Positions 45,019 through 55,882 of a DNA stretch of 64,000 nucleotides are shown here, piece by piece. The stretch is from Alphaproteobacteria bacterium (GTDB lineage Bacteria; Pseudomonadota; Alphaproteobacteria; SHVV01): assembly GCA_965261735.1 (NCBI GenBank), contig OZ253470.1, positions 960,001 to 1,024,000 of the forward strand, read 5' to 3'. A program made the translations under genes and the position numbers. Position 1 is the stretch's first letter, and each line of letters begins with the position of its first letter. A model generated the notes under the pieces. The model made no database searches. It worked only from the letters and a program-made list of their open reading frames with translations, and was not told the origin of the DNA.

Positions 45019-46063
45019 GGGAGCGCGCCATGGATGTTCTCGACCGCGCCGATCTCCCATTCCCGCATTCGCTACCCGAGTTCCAGCGACTTTCCCCCGA
45101 TGATGCGGCCTGCGCCGCCTACCTGGAGAAAGCCCACTGGGGAGACGGCTTTGCCTGCCCGCACTGCGGCACGGCGGGAGAGCCGTTCCACTTTGAAAAC
45201 CGCCCTGGCGTCCTGCGCTGCCGCAAGTGCCGCCAGAACACCGGGCTGACGGTGGGAACAGTGATGGAGCGTAGCCACACTCCGCTGAACGTCTGGTTCT
45301 GGGCCGCTTATCTGGTCGCCAGTCAGAGGCCCGGCATGTCCGCCGTGCAGTTTCAGCGGCAACTTGGTCTTTCGCGCTACGAGACGGCCTTTCAAATTCT
45401 CCACAAGCTCCGCTCGGGCATGGTGCGGCCCAACCAAGACAGGATCGGTGGACAGCCCAAGAACCATGTTGAGGTGGACGAAACCTGGGTTGGCGGGCGA
45501 ACGCGTGGGGAAGGCCGTGGTGTTCACCACAAGGTTCCCGTCTCCTGTGCCATCGAGGTGCGTCATCGAAAGCCGGGCACCAAGCTCGACAACCGGAAAG
45601 ACGGACGCTATGCCGGACGCGTTCGGCTCGCCGTCGTGCTCGACCGTAGCGCCGAGTCGCTCTGTGGGTTCGTCGAGAGCACCGTCGCGCCGCGATCGCT
45701 GATCGTTACTGACGATTGGAGCGGCTATGCTGGCCTCGGTAAGCGCGGCTATGAGCACTTCGCTGTTGCCGAGTGTGGTGATCCAGAGGTTGCCGAGCAA
45801 TACCTGCCGATCATCCATCTGGTTTTCGCCAACCTGAAGACGTGGCTGATCGGTATCTCACCACGGCGTTAGCCACCAGCACCTACAAGCCTACCTCAAC
45901 GAGTTCACCTTCCGCTTCAACAGGCGGTTCTACCCGTTCAACGCCTTCCGCTCATTGCTCGGCATCGCGGGCGACACCTCTGCTCCAACCTATGCCGAGC
46001 TTTACTCGGGAGAGTGGCGGCACCCTACATGTAGCGGTCATGGGCGTTAACCGGATAGGCAAG
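45019..46063 (+). mobile_element. IS1595 family element, copy 1 (left end missing, transposase 45030-46050 frameshifted near 45858)
   Basis: Zn ribbon CPHC..CRKC, VEVDET, TDDWSGY and YLNEFTFRFNRR; right IR CCGGATAGGCAAG; one extra T relative to copy 2. Confidence 0.9.
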
Positions 46064-46102
46064 GGTGTAGGGTTGCGCGGTGGAGGCGCCCGCTCGAGAG
46101 CT

Positions 46103-47839
46103 ATGGACGTGGAACGCAGGCTAGCGGCCATTCTCGCCGCCGACGTCGTCGGCTACAGCCGAATGATGGGCGTCGACGAGGTCGATACGCTGAATGCCCT
46201 CAAAGCCGACCGGAGCGAGGTGATCGACCCGACCATCGCCGAGCGCGGCGGGCGCATTGTCAAGACCATGGGCGATGGACTGCTGGTCGAGTTCGGCAGC
46301 GTCGTCGACGCGGTCCAATGCGCCACCGACCTGCAGCGGGCCATGGCCGAGCGCAACGCCGGCGTGAGCGACGAGCGCCGCATCGACTTCCGCATCGGCA
46401 TCAATCTCGGTGACGTCATTATCGAGGACGGTGACATCTATGGTGACGGCGTGAACGTCGCGGCCAGGCTCGAAGGCTTGGCCGAGCCCGGCGGCATCTG
46501 TATCTCGCGCGCGGCGCGCGATCAAATTCGCGACAAGCTGCCGGTCGTTCTCGAGGATCTGGGCGAGCAGAGCGTGAAAAACATTGCCCGCCCGGTCCGT
46601 GTTTTCCGGATCAAGCCCGCGGCCTTACCGGTCGCTTCCGCCGCGAGCGAGGCGGCGCTGCCCGATAAGCCCTCGATCGCCGTGCTACCGTTCAACAACA
46701 TGAGCGGCGATCCTGAGCAGGAGTATTTCAGCGACGGCATCACCGAGGACATCATCACCGAGCTGTCGCGCTTTCGCTCGCTGTTCGTCATCGCCCGTAA
46801 CTCCTCGTTCGCCTACAAGGGTCAAGCGGTGAAGATCCAGGACGTGGGCAAGGACCTCGGCGTCCGCTACGTCCTCGAGGGCAGCGTGCGCAACGCGGGA
46901 AACCGGGTGCGCATCACCGGTCAGTTGATCGACGCGCAAAACGGCAGTCACGTGTGGGCGCAGCGCTACGACCGCGAGCTCGAGGACATCTTCGCGGTTC
47001 AGGACGACGTGACGCAGGCCATTGTCGCCGCATTGCCGCAAAAGCTCGAGGCCGCCGACCTCGAGCGTGCCAAGCGCAAGACGACTGAAAACATGGTCGC
47101 TTACGACTACCTGCTGCGCGGCAAGGAGCACCACCACCGCGGTACCAACGAGGACAACACCGAGGGTATCAGGTGCTTGGAGCAGGCGATCGAGCTCGAC
47201 CCGGGATTGGCGCACGCGCACGCATGGCTTGGGTGCATCCTGGGGCAAGCCATCGTGCGCGGCTACTTGGAAACGACCGACGATTTATGGCGGCGCGTGA
47301 AAACGGCAGTGGAGACCGCGCGCGCGCTCGACGAGAACGACTCCGAGTGCCACCGGCTGTCATGCGAGATTCACCTGATCGAGCGCAACCACGACCAGGC
47401 CGAAGTGCATCAGGACAGGGCGCTAAGCCTCAATCCGAACGATCCGCGCCTCGTGATCCAGCGAGCCGAGTTGTTGTCCTTGCTCGGTAGACCCGAAGAG
47501 GCACTGGAGTGGGTCGACACGGTCGCACGACTCGATCCCAATCACGCCGACGGCTACGCCTGGCAGCGTGGCGTGGCGCTCCAAGGCGCGGGCCGCTACG
47601 CCGAGGCGGTTGCCGCCTTCAAGCGGGTTGGCACTCGGCGACCCTGGCTCAAGGCGCACCTCGCGGCCTGATACGCCGAGCTCGGTGACGACGATGCGAG
47701 CAAAGGGCATGGCGCCGAGTTGCTGGAAGAGAACCCCGACTTTACGGTCAGCGGCTATCTCGCGAACCTGTACTACAAGAACGAGGCCGACGCGAACGCC
47801 TGCCGCGACAGCCTGCTCAAGGCCGGGCTGCCGGCCTGA
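46103..47839 (+). pseudogene. class III adenylate/guanylate cyclase-TolB-like-TPR protein with internal TGA at 47669
   Basis: RRLAAILAADVVGYS, GDGVNVAARLE, PSIAVLPFNNMS and TPRs. The frame continues past the TGA to the family-typical LLKAGLPA*. Confidence 0.85.
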
Positions 47840-47889
47840 GCGCACTCGTCAGGGGAAGCCGCTCCTTTAGCAGGCTGCTGAAAAAGTCA

Positions 47890-48051
47890 TCATTGCCGGG
47901 CCTTGAACTCGGATTCATCGCCGAAATGAAATGAGATTTCGTGTCTTAGGGTGAAACCGTCTTCAATCTCGACCGATCCGATGCCCTGGGCTTCGTCCAG
48001 TTCGATGATCTGCCACTTTGCGGTCAGCGGCGTGCCGGCATCGCCCGTCAT
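47890..48051 (-). CDS. small second ORF inside the IS5 element (probably internally deleted)
   Basis: ATG overlaps the transposase TGA; MTGDAGTPLTAKWQIIELDEAQGIGSVEIEDG...HFGDESEFKARQ; ends just inside the IR. Confidence 0.5.
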   Translation of the reverse strand: MTGDAGTPLTAKWQIIELDEAQGIGSVEIEDGFTLRHEISFHFGDESEFKARQ

Positions 48052-50043
48052 GTTGGCGCCTCCGCCAGCAGTCTGGGTAGTCGGACGAGGTTGTAGGCGG
48101 CCAAGGCCAGGGTGAACGAAGCGTCGACCCGGTGGCGGCCCCGGAATTTGGTCTTGCTCAATCCCGCGCTCGTCTTGACCCAGCCGAAGACCTCCTCGAT
48201 GCGCTTGCGGCAACGTTGGCTGACGCCGTAACCGGGATGGCGCGTCGTGCGCCCGTCTATCTTGGTCTTGCGCCGCTTGCCGGTCTTGGTGACGTGGTCC
48301 TGGACGGCGATATGGGGGGTCACCTTGCGGTGCCGCAGTTCCTCGACAAAATCCGCGACGTCAAAACCCTTGTCCCCGCCCACCGTGATCCGACGCCGCC
48401 CGCCTCTACTCTCCACCGGGCGATGCCTGTCGATCAGATCAAGGGCGGCTTCGCGTTCCGCCGTGCCCGACGCAATGGTCACGCCGCCGCCGACTGCCAG
48501 ACCATGGCGGTTCTCCGTCAGCGCATGGCCCATGTAACACAGCTTGCTTTCCCGGCCATTACCCTTGCGATAAAGCCGGGCGTCCGGATCAGTGGTGCTT
48601 GCATGGGTCGCGTTCGAGCGTTTCTCGCCATGAAAATCCCGCGCGGCGTTGCGCCCCGATCCCCCGTCGCCATCGTCCTCACCTTTGGGACGAAAGCTCT
48701 TCATCGACGCCCAGGCCTCGATCAATGTTTGCCTATCCGGTTAACGCCCATGACCGCTACATGTAGGGTGCCGCCACTCTCCCGAGTAAAGCTCGGCATA
48801 GGTTGGAGCAGAGGTGTCGCCCGCGATGCCGAGCAATGAGCGGAAGGCGTTGAACGGGTAGAACCGCCTGTTGAAGCGGAAGGTGAACTCGTTGAGGTAG
48901 GCTTGTAGGTGCTGGTGGCTAACGCCGTGGTGGATACCGATCAGCCACGTCTTCAGGTTGGCGAAAACCAGATGGATGATCGGCAGGTATTGCTCGGCAA
49001 CCTCTGGATCACCACACTCGGCAACAGCGAAGTGCTCATAGCCGCGCTTACCGAGGCCAGCATAGCCGCTCCAATCGTCAGTAACGATCAGCGATCGCGG
49101 CGCGACGGTGCTCTCGACGAACCCACAGAGCGACTCGGCGCTACGGTCGAGCACGACGGCGAGCCGAACGCGTCCGGCATAGCGTCCGTCTTTCCGGTTG
49201 TCGAGCTTGGTGCCCGGCTTTCGATGACGCACCTCGATGGCACAGGAGACGGGAACCTTGTGGTGAACACCACGGCCTTCCCCACGCGTTCGCCCGCCAA
49301 CCCAGGTTTCGTCCACCTCAACATGGTTCTTGGGCTGTCCACCGATCCTGTCTTGGTTGGGCCGCACCATGCCCGAGCGGAGCTTGTGGAGAATTTGAAA
49401 GGCCGTCTCCCCAGCGGGCTTTCTCCAGGTAGGCGGCGCAGGCCGCATCATCGGGGAAAAGTCGCTGGAACTCGGGTAGCGAATGCGGGAATGGGAGATC
49501 GGCGCGGTCGAGAACATCCATGGCGCGCTCCCCTATATCCGGTTTGCGCCCACTCTAGCCCTAGTGGGTGTGGGTGTAAACCGGATAGGCAAGGATCAAT
49601 GTTCCGTCTACCGAAAAATGATCCCGGCTCAATAGTCCCCCTACCTTGTGGTGCTGGATAACCCCCGCAAGCAGCTGCCCCGAAACCTCCGCCTCCAGAA
49701 GACGGTCCCGGTTGTGGCAGAACGCGCTGGCGTCCCACACGCCATCGTCCAGCCCAAGCCCCACAAACCAGCAAAACAGCATGTTGAAGTTTAGCTGCTC
49801 CATCAGCTGACGCTCCGAGCGGATCGAATAAAACGCCTGCAACAGTAACGCTCGAAGAAGCTTCTCCGGCGGGATCGATGGGCGACCCATGTGGGAATAA
49901 AGCGTCTCGAACTCCGAAGATAGAGACCCCAATACGTCGTTCACGATCTCACGGATCAGACGCAGCGGATGATCATCCGGAACACGCTCTTCCAAGTCTA
50001 CGTAGCTGAATAAATTGCCACTGCTTTGATCTCGACCCCGCAT
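48048..50043 (-). pseudogene. IS5 family transposase split by IS1595
   Basis: N-terminal part MRGRD..PDDHPLR..HFSVDGTLI and C-terminal part IEAWASMKSF..GDKGFD..RKRIEEVFGW rejoin in frame once the insert is removed. Confidence 0.92.
48728..49593 (-). mobile_element. IS1595 family element, copy 2 (both ends present, internal deletion)
   Basis: IRs TTGCCTATCCGG / CCGGATAGGCAA; 8-bp TSD GATCAATG at 48720 and 49594; Zn-ribbon region deleted. Confidence 0.92.
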
Positions 50044-50197
50044 GCCATCTTCCATCACTCGAAGAAATCACAGAATCATGTCACAACTGCAAAGGCGAGG
50101 ACTTTTTCAGCAGCCTGTTAGGGCGCTCATCGACCAACCCTCGTCTTGGTGGGGCTGCCATAGTCGGCGCTCGAAGACGAGACGACTGTCGCTCTAG

Positions 50198-50545
50198 TCA
50201 TTTCCGAACGTTGCCTTCCCAAAACTGCCGATACGCACGCACCTCCTCGACATAGGGTCGCCGCTGCTCTACCAGCTCCCGGGGTGTCATCGCGTCGAAC
50301 TTGAGCCCTCGGCGCTTCGCGTGGCGAAAGTAATGGTTATCCGCGGTGTTACAAAACATGCAGGCGGTTACGATGTATTCGTCGTGGTCGCGCAGTGGGT
50401 TTCCCTTTGGCAGAAGATGGTCCACCGATAGCCACAGCCAGTTGGGCCAAGTGGAGCAATCGAGACCGCAGTACTAGCAGCGAAAGCCATCCCTCCTGTG
50501 GATTGCAAATCCGTAACCTCTCAACGCATCAGTGTAAGCAGGCAT
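50198..50545 (-). pseudogene. small HNH endonuclease with internal TAG
   Basis: MPAYTDALRGYGFAIHRRDGFRC*YCGLD...SVDHLLPK...IVTACMFCN; stop at 50474-50476 lies within the CxxC motif. Confidence 0.75.
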
Positions 50546-50647
50546 CCGCGTTCATCAGACCTCCTCATCGCTTCTGAGAGAGAGGCATGTCGTCTAGCAG
50601 CACCGTGCGCTTGTCGGCCATGGTAGCCGGCCAACGCGAGCTGGTGG

Positions 50648-51190
50648 TCAGGTCGGCCCCGCCCGCTCTGTGAGCCGCGGCAGCAGCTCGACGAAGTTAC
50701 ACGGGCGGTAACGGTAGTCGAGCTGGAAGCGCAGGATCTCGTCCCAGGCGTCGCGGCAGGCGCCGGGCGAGCCTGGGACCGCAAAGAGGTAGGTGCCCTC
50801 GGCGACGCCGGCCGTGGCGCGCGACTGGATCGTCGAGGCGCCGATCGTCTTGAAGCTGAGCATGCGAAAGACTTCGCCGAAGCCCGCGATCTCCTTGTCG
50901 TACACCGCGTGAAAAGCCTCCGGCGTCACGTCGCGGCCGGTGACCCCGGTGCCGCCGCTGGCGATGATCACGTCGATCTCGGGGTCATCGATCCACGCGC
51001 GGAGGCGGCTCACGATCGCGTCCGCATCGTCCGTGACGATGGCGCGCGCGGCCAGTCGGTGGCCGGCGGTCGTAAGCCGCTCGATGAGGACCTGCCCCGA
51101 CTTGTCGTCGGCCTCGGTACGGGTGTCCGAGACCGTGAGCACGGCAATGCCGACGGCGACGAAGGAGCGCGACTCGTCAATCCCGGGCAC
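50648..51190 (-). CDS. moaB: molybdenum cofactor biosynthesis protein B
   Basis: LTVSDTR, SGGTGVTGRDVTPEA, QSRA, PGSPGAC and RPCNF motifs. Confidence 0.93.
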   Translation of the reverse strand: MPGIDESRSFVAVGIAVLTVSDTRTEADDKSGQVLIERLTTAGHRLAARAIVTDDADAIVSRLRAWIDDPEIDVIIASGGTGVTGRDVTPEAFHAVYDKEIAGFGEVFRMLSFKTIGASTIQSRATAGVAEGTYLFAVPGSPGACRDAWDEILRFQLDYRYRPCNFVELLPRLTERAGPT

Positions 51191-53036
51191 GCTGCGCGTC
51201 CTTGACGAGCGCGAAGGGCGAGGCATCGAGCGAGAAGTAGTAGGGCCAATGGCCCGACGCCACCGCATCGAGCGAGGGCGTGTCCTGATCCAAGTGCTCG
51301 CGGTAGATCCAGAAGTTGGCCATCACGCGCTCGATGAACAGGCGCGTCTCCAGCGCGGGGATGCTCTCGATGAACAACAGCGCGTCGTCGCGATGATTGG
51401 TTCGGCGCAGCCATTTGCGCAGGTTGCCGGGACCGCCGTTATAGGCCGCGGCGGCCAGGAACAGGTTGCCGCGAATGCTTTCGCTCGCGAGCAGGCCGCC
51501 GAGGTACTTCTGCCCGAGGTCCATGTTGAATGCGGGCTTATAGAGCTTGTTGCGGTTGGAGCCACGCAGCGACCGGTCCTTGGCCACATAGCTGCCCGTG
51601 CGCGGCATGAGCTGCATCAGCCCGCGCGCGCCGCTCGGGCTCTTGGCCCGGCTGTTGAAACCCGATTCCTGACGCATGAACGCGTAGATCAGCGCCCGGT
51701 CGATGCGAAAGCCGCTGTCCGGCTGCCAACGCGGTAGCGGATAGTCGGCGCTGTCATAGCAACACACCTCCGGCGCGGGCGCGCTCTTGATCAGCCGGAG
51801 CGACGCGGCCGCGAGGCCGAGGCGGGTGGCCAAGCCGAGCAGATCCCCATGGAGGGGCGCGGCGACATGTTTGGCGGCGGCGCGGAACTCCTCTTCGGCC
51901 CAATAGATCTGATCGACCTGGCTCAGCGCGACCGCGCGCCGAACCTCGGGCACCGCCAGCAGCCGCTCGGTGCTAGCGCTCGACAGTGGCGGCGGCTCCC
52001 ACCGGAAATTGACGTCGCGCGCCAGCAGGCGCGTTGCGATGAGGCCGTAGAAGGTACGCGGATGGTGCGCCGCGACGCCGAGGAGCTCGTTCACCCTGCC
52101 GGGCTCGCCGGTCACGAGGTGGGCGCGCGCGGCCCAAAAAGCGCCGGCCGCGGCGTTCCACGGCGAGACAGACGAAGAACGCGCCAAAGCACTGAAGTGG
52201 GCGCGCGCCCGCGAGCGTTCGGTCAGCCTCCATGCGGCCAAACCCGCTGTCCAGTCGGCCAGGGGAACGTGCCCGCGCGAGCGCTCGGCGCTCGCCGCCG
52301 CTAGCGCCAACGCCCTGCGGTCGTTGCCCTTGAAGAAGTAGGCGGCGGCAATCCGCAGGCGCAGCCCGTCGTACTCGACGGGGTCGAGTAGCTTCTTGAC
52401 GTTGCGCGCCGCGAGGTGTTTTTCCGCGCCCTCGGGATCGCCGCGGCGCGACAGGTGGACCGCAACGTGCCGGTGCAGGCTGCGCACCTCGGAACGCTGC
52501 TTGGAGGTGCGCTTACGCGGCGAGCGGTAGCCGGGATCGGGCTTCGCGATGGCTGCGGCCGCCCCTTGCGCCCGGCCCGCGCCGGGCCAGCGCGGCGGCT
52601 TGGCCGCCTTGGGCTTGCGCCGCAGCGCCAGTCGATAGATGCGGGAAGCGCCCGCCTCGTCGGCGTAGCGCTTCAGCCACGATGCCAACTCCTTGTACTG
52701 CGAGCGGTACTTTGTCGGGTGCATGTAGCGCTGGAACAGGACACGGCCGAGCAGGATTCGGTCCTCGAGGCGCTTTGTCTCGCGGTCCGCCGCCTTCCAT
52801 TTCCCGGTTTCCTGGAGCGCGAAGATGCGCCGATAGCGCTCGACCGTTTCGGCGTTGAGGACAGTCAGGCGAACGGCCTCTGCTGCGGGCGCCGCCGCCG
52901 GATCGCCTTCGAGCGCGAGTGCCGGCGCACCGACCGTCCACAACGAGATCGCGAATCCGAGGCACACGAGGCGGCAAGCCTCTCGCACGCGCCACGAGAG
53001 CGCGGCCGTGATTCGGCTGCACCGCTTTTCACGCAT
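51177..53036 (-). CDS. soluble lytic murein transglycosylase (SLT domain); start approximate
   Basis: RQESGF, GARGLMQLMP, AAYNGGPG and ESIPALETR motifs. Confidence 0.9.
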   Translation of the reverse strand: MREKRCSRITAALSWRVREACRLVCLGFAISLWTVGAPALALEGDPAAAPAAEAVRLTVLNAETVERYRRIFALQETGKWKAADRETKRLEDRILLGRVLFQRYMHPTKYRSQYKELASWLKRYADEAGASRIYRLALRRKPKAAKPPRWPGAGRAQGAAAAIAKPDPGYRSPRKRTSKQRSEVRSLHRHVAVHLSRRGDPEGAEKHLAARNVKKLLDPVEYDGLRLRIAAAYFFKGNDRRALALAAASAERSRGHVPLADWTAGLAAWRLTERSRARAHFSALARSSSVSPWNAAAGAFWAARAHLVTGEPGRVNELLGVAAHHPRTFYGLIATRLLARDVNFRWEPPPLSSASTERLLAVPEVRRAVALSQVDQIYWAEEEFRAAAKHVAAPLHGDLLGLATRLGLAAASLRLIKSAPAPEVCCYDSADYPLPRWQPDSGFRIDRALIYAFMRQESGFNSRAKSPSGARGLMQLMPRTGSYVAKDRSLRGSNRNKLYKPAFNMDLGQKYLGGLLASESIRGNLFLAAAAYNGGPGNLRKWLRRTNHRDDALLFIESIPALETRLFIERVMANFWIYREHLDQDTPSLDAVASGHWPYYFSLDASPFALVKDAQRARD

Positions 53037-53089
53037 GGGTTCTGGTGTAGCCAAATTACCCGGGCTCGGCAAGCTGGCCGCGGCCCGGA

Positions 53090-53938
53090 TCAGCGCTTGG
53101 CGGGCAGTAGATCGAGCCGACCCTTGATCTCGAGCAGATCGCGCCACGCTTCACGCTTGAGTGCCGGTTGGCGCAGCAGGAAGGCCGGATGATAGATCGC
53201 GATCGCCGGAATCTCGCGCTCAGCCGCGCCAACTGAGCCGCGGTAGCTGAACCAGGTGCCGCGGATCTTGGTAATGCCCTCGCTGCGGCCGAGCAAGGCG
53301 CCGGCCGCCGTGCCGCCCACCAGCACCAGCAGTTGGGGCGCCACGAGGTCGATCGCGCGCTGCAGGAAGGGCAGGCAGATTTCGTACTCATGGGGCGTCG
53401 GCTTGCGGTTCCCCGGGGGGCGCCAAAAGACCATGTTGGTAATGTAGACGGCGCGCCGGTCGAGGCCGACGGCCGCCAGCATGCGGTCGAGGAGCTGGCC
53501 GCTGACGCCGACGAAGGGCAGGCCCTGACGGTCCTCCTCGGCCCCGGGTGCCTCGCCGATCAGCATCAACCGCGCCGCCGGATTGCCGTCGCCGAACACC
53601 AGATTCGTTGCCGTTTGCTTGAGCGCGCAGCCCTCGAACGCGCGCAGCGCCTCGCTAAGTTCGTCGAGGTTGCGGCATGCGCCGGCTGTTGCCTGGGCGC
53701 TCGCCTGGGCGGTTGCAGACGATGTCAGGCCAGGGTCCGTCGTCGGCCGGCTGGGCGGCGGCCGCGGAGGCGGCCGGGGTGGCGGGGGCGCTGAGAGAGG
53801 TCCGGGCTGCAACGCCGAGGGGCGCGGCTCGCGGTTGTTGTCGGCATATCGAAGCAGGGGTTTATTGCCGATGGCTTCGTCCGCGCCGGCTTCCACGTAC
53901 CAGCGCAGAAGCTCGAGTGCGTCGGGCTTACGTGACAT
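53090..53938 (-). CDS. uracil-DNA glycosylase family 4
   Basis: [20 protein letters not shown] and YHPAFLLR motifs. Confidence 0.93.
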   Translation of the reverse strand: MSRKPDALELLRWYVEAGADEAIGNKPLLRYADNNREPRPSALQPGPLSAPPPPRPPPRPPPSRPTTDPGLTSSATAQASAQATAGACRNLDELSEALRAFEGCALKQTATNLVFGDGNPAARLMLIGEAPGAEEDRQGLPFVGVSGQLLDRMLAAVGLDRRAVYITNMVFWRPPGNRKPTPHEYEICLPFLQRAIDLVAPQLLVLVGGTAAGALLGRSEGITKIRGTWFSYRGSVGAAEREIPAIAIYHPAFLLRQPALKREAWRDLLEIKGRLDLLPAKR

Positions 53939-54067
53939 GGCCAAAGGCTAGCACGGGCGCCATATCACCTGCCAGGACCCGCCCTGAGCCGGCGCCGGGC
54001 GCCGATTGACCGGCGCTCCGTTTCGGGGGCATAACCGGAAGCCACCAGCGAGGACGCGATTCACGCC

Positions 54068-55744
54068 ATGGCCGACGCGACATCCGAGAGCCAAGAAACG
54101 CCGGAACGGGAATCGATGTCCTACGACGTGGTCATCGTCGGCGCCGGGCCGTCGGGTCTCGGCGCGGCGATCCAACTGCGTCAGCTGTGTCGCGAGCACG
54201 ATGCGGACTTCAGCGTGTGCGTGGTCGAGAAGGGCTCCGAGGTCGGCGCCCATATTCTATCGGGCGCCGTGCTCGAGCCCCGGGCCCTCGACGAGCTCCT
54301 CCCCGATTGGCGCGACAGCGGAGCCCCGGTGAGCGTCCCGGTCACGGAAGACCGGTTCCTGTTTCTCAGCGAAAGGAGCGCCTGGCGCTGGCCTTCCTGG
54401 CTCATGCCGCGCGAGTTCGACAACCACGGCAACTACGTCATCAGCCTCGGCAATCTGTGCCGCTGGTTGGCGGCGCAGGCGGAGGAGCTCGGGGTCGAGA
54501 TCTACCCGGGCTTTGCCGCCGCGGAAGTGCTCTACCGCGAGGACGGCTCGGTCAAGGGCGTCGCCACCGGGAACATGGGCGTGGCCCGGGACGGTGAGCG
54601 CAAGCCGAACTTCGAGCCCGGCATCGAGCTACACGCGAGCTATACCCTGTTCGCTGAGGGGTGCCGGGGATCGCTCACCAAGACGTTGTTCGACCGATTC
54701 GGCTTGCGCGACGGCGTGGACCCGCAAACCTACGGGATCGGAATCAAGGAGCTGTGGGAGGTCGAAGCCGACAAGCATCGCCCCGGACTCGTCACCCATA
54801 CCGCCGGCTGGCCGCTCGATCGCGGCACCTATGGCGGCTCTTTTCTGTATCACCTCGACAACAATCAGGTCGCGGTCGGCTTCGTGGTCGCGCTCGACTA
54901 CGCCAATCCCCACCTCGATCCCTATCAGGAGTTTCAACGCTTCAAGGCCCATCCCCGAATCCGCCCCCTATTCGAGGGCGGGTCGCGGATCGCCTACGGG
55001 GCGCGGGCGATCAACGAGGGCGGGTGGCAGGCGATCCCCAAGCTCACCTTCCCGGGCGGCGCCCTCATAGGCTGCGCGGCCGGCTTCCTCAACGTGCCCA
55101 AGATCAAAGGCAGCCACACCGCGATGAAGAGCGGGATGATGGCGGCCGAGGCCGCGTTCGACGCACTGAACGCAGGCGTCGGCACAGCCGAGCTCGGCGG
55201 CTATCCGGTCCGCTTCGCGGCGTCGTGGGTCAATGACGAGCTGCGCCGGGTGCGCAATTTCCGGCCCGCCTTTCGGGCCGGAATCCTACTCGGAACGCTC
55301 TACAGCGGCTTCGAACTGATGGTGCTACGCGGCCGGGCGCCGTGGACCCTTCATCACCATCCCGACCACACGCGCTTGAAGAGGGCGAGCGAGTGCGCGC
55401 CGATCGCCTACCCCAAGCCGGACGGGGTCGTCACCTTCGACCGCATGTCCTCGGTCTTCATCTCCAACACCAATCACGAGGAGGACCAGCCGGTTCACCT
55501 AAGGCTCAAGGATCCGTCCGTGCCGATCCGCCTCAACCTCGAGGCCTACGATGCGCCCGAGCAACGCTACTGCCCCGCCGGCGTTTACGAGATCGTGAGC
55601 GATGAGGGGGGCGACAATCCGCGACTCCAGATCAACGCGCAGAACTGCGTCCACTGCAAGACGTGCGACATCAAGGACCCGACCCAGAACATCGACTGGG
55701 TCACGCCCGAGGGCGGCGGCGGGCCCAACTACCCCAACATGTGA
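54068..55744 (+). CDS. electron transfer flavoprotein-ubiquinone oxidoreductase
   Basis: [34 protein letters not shown] and GGGPNY motifs. Confidence 0.96.
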   Translation: MADATSESQETPERESMSYDVVIVGAGPSGLGAAIQLRQLCREHDADFSVCVVEKGSEVGAHILSGAVLEPRALDELLPDWRDSGAPVSVPVTEDRFLFLSERSAWRWPSWLMPREFDNHGNYVISLGNLCRWLAAQAEELGVEIYPGFAAAEVLYREDGSVKGVATGNMGVARDGERKPNFEPGIELHASYTLFAEGCRGSLTKTLFDRFGLRDGVDPQTYGIGIKELWEVEADKHRPGLVTHTAGWPLDRGTYGGSFLYHLDNNQVAVGFVVALDYANPHLDPYQEFQRFKAHPRIRPLFEGGSRIAYGARAINEGGWQAIPKLTFPGGALIGCAAGFLNVPKIKGSHTAMKSGMMAAEAAFDALNAGVGTAELGGYPVRFAASWVNDELRRVRNFRPAFRAGILLGTLYSGFELMVLRGRAPWTLHHHPDHTRLKRASECAPIAYPKPDGVVTFDRMSSVFISNTNHEEDQPVHLRLKDPSVPIRLNLEAYDAPEQRYCPAGVYEIVSDEGGDNPRLQINAQNCVHCKTCDIKDPTQNIDWVTPEGGGGPNYPNM

Positions 55745-55882
55745 GTGCCTTCGGGCGGTGTTCGAGAGCCGTGCGCGCGCAGTCGGGTCAATTTTGCGTT
55801 TGCGCCCCGTCCGCGAACGCTGGTTTTATAGGCTGATGAGTGCTGACCGTGCTGACCACTCGGGGTCGCGCATGCCGGCTAG

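Larger units (their letters stand above)
47871..50117 (-). mobile_element. IS5 family element interrupted by IS1595
   Basis: IR CAGGCTGCTGAAAAAGTC / GACTTTTTCAGCAGCCTG; TTAG duplicated at 47867 and 50118. Confidence 0.92.

Noticed and set aside
45842-46102. Transposase-cyclase fusion suggested by the 609-aa ORF
   Set aside because: The upstream part is an off-frame read through the IS1595 end; the cyclase starts at ATG 46103.
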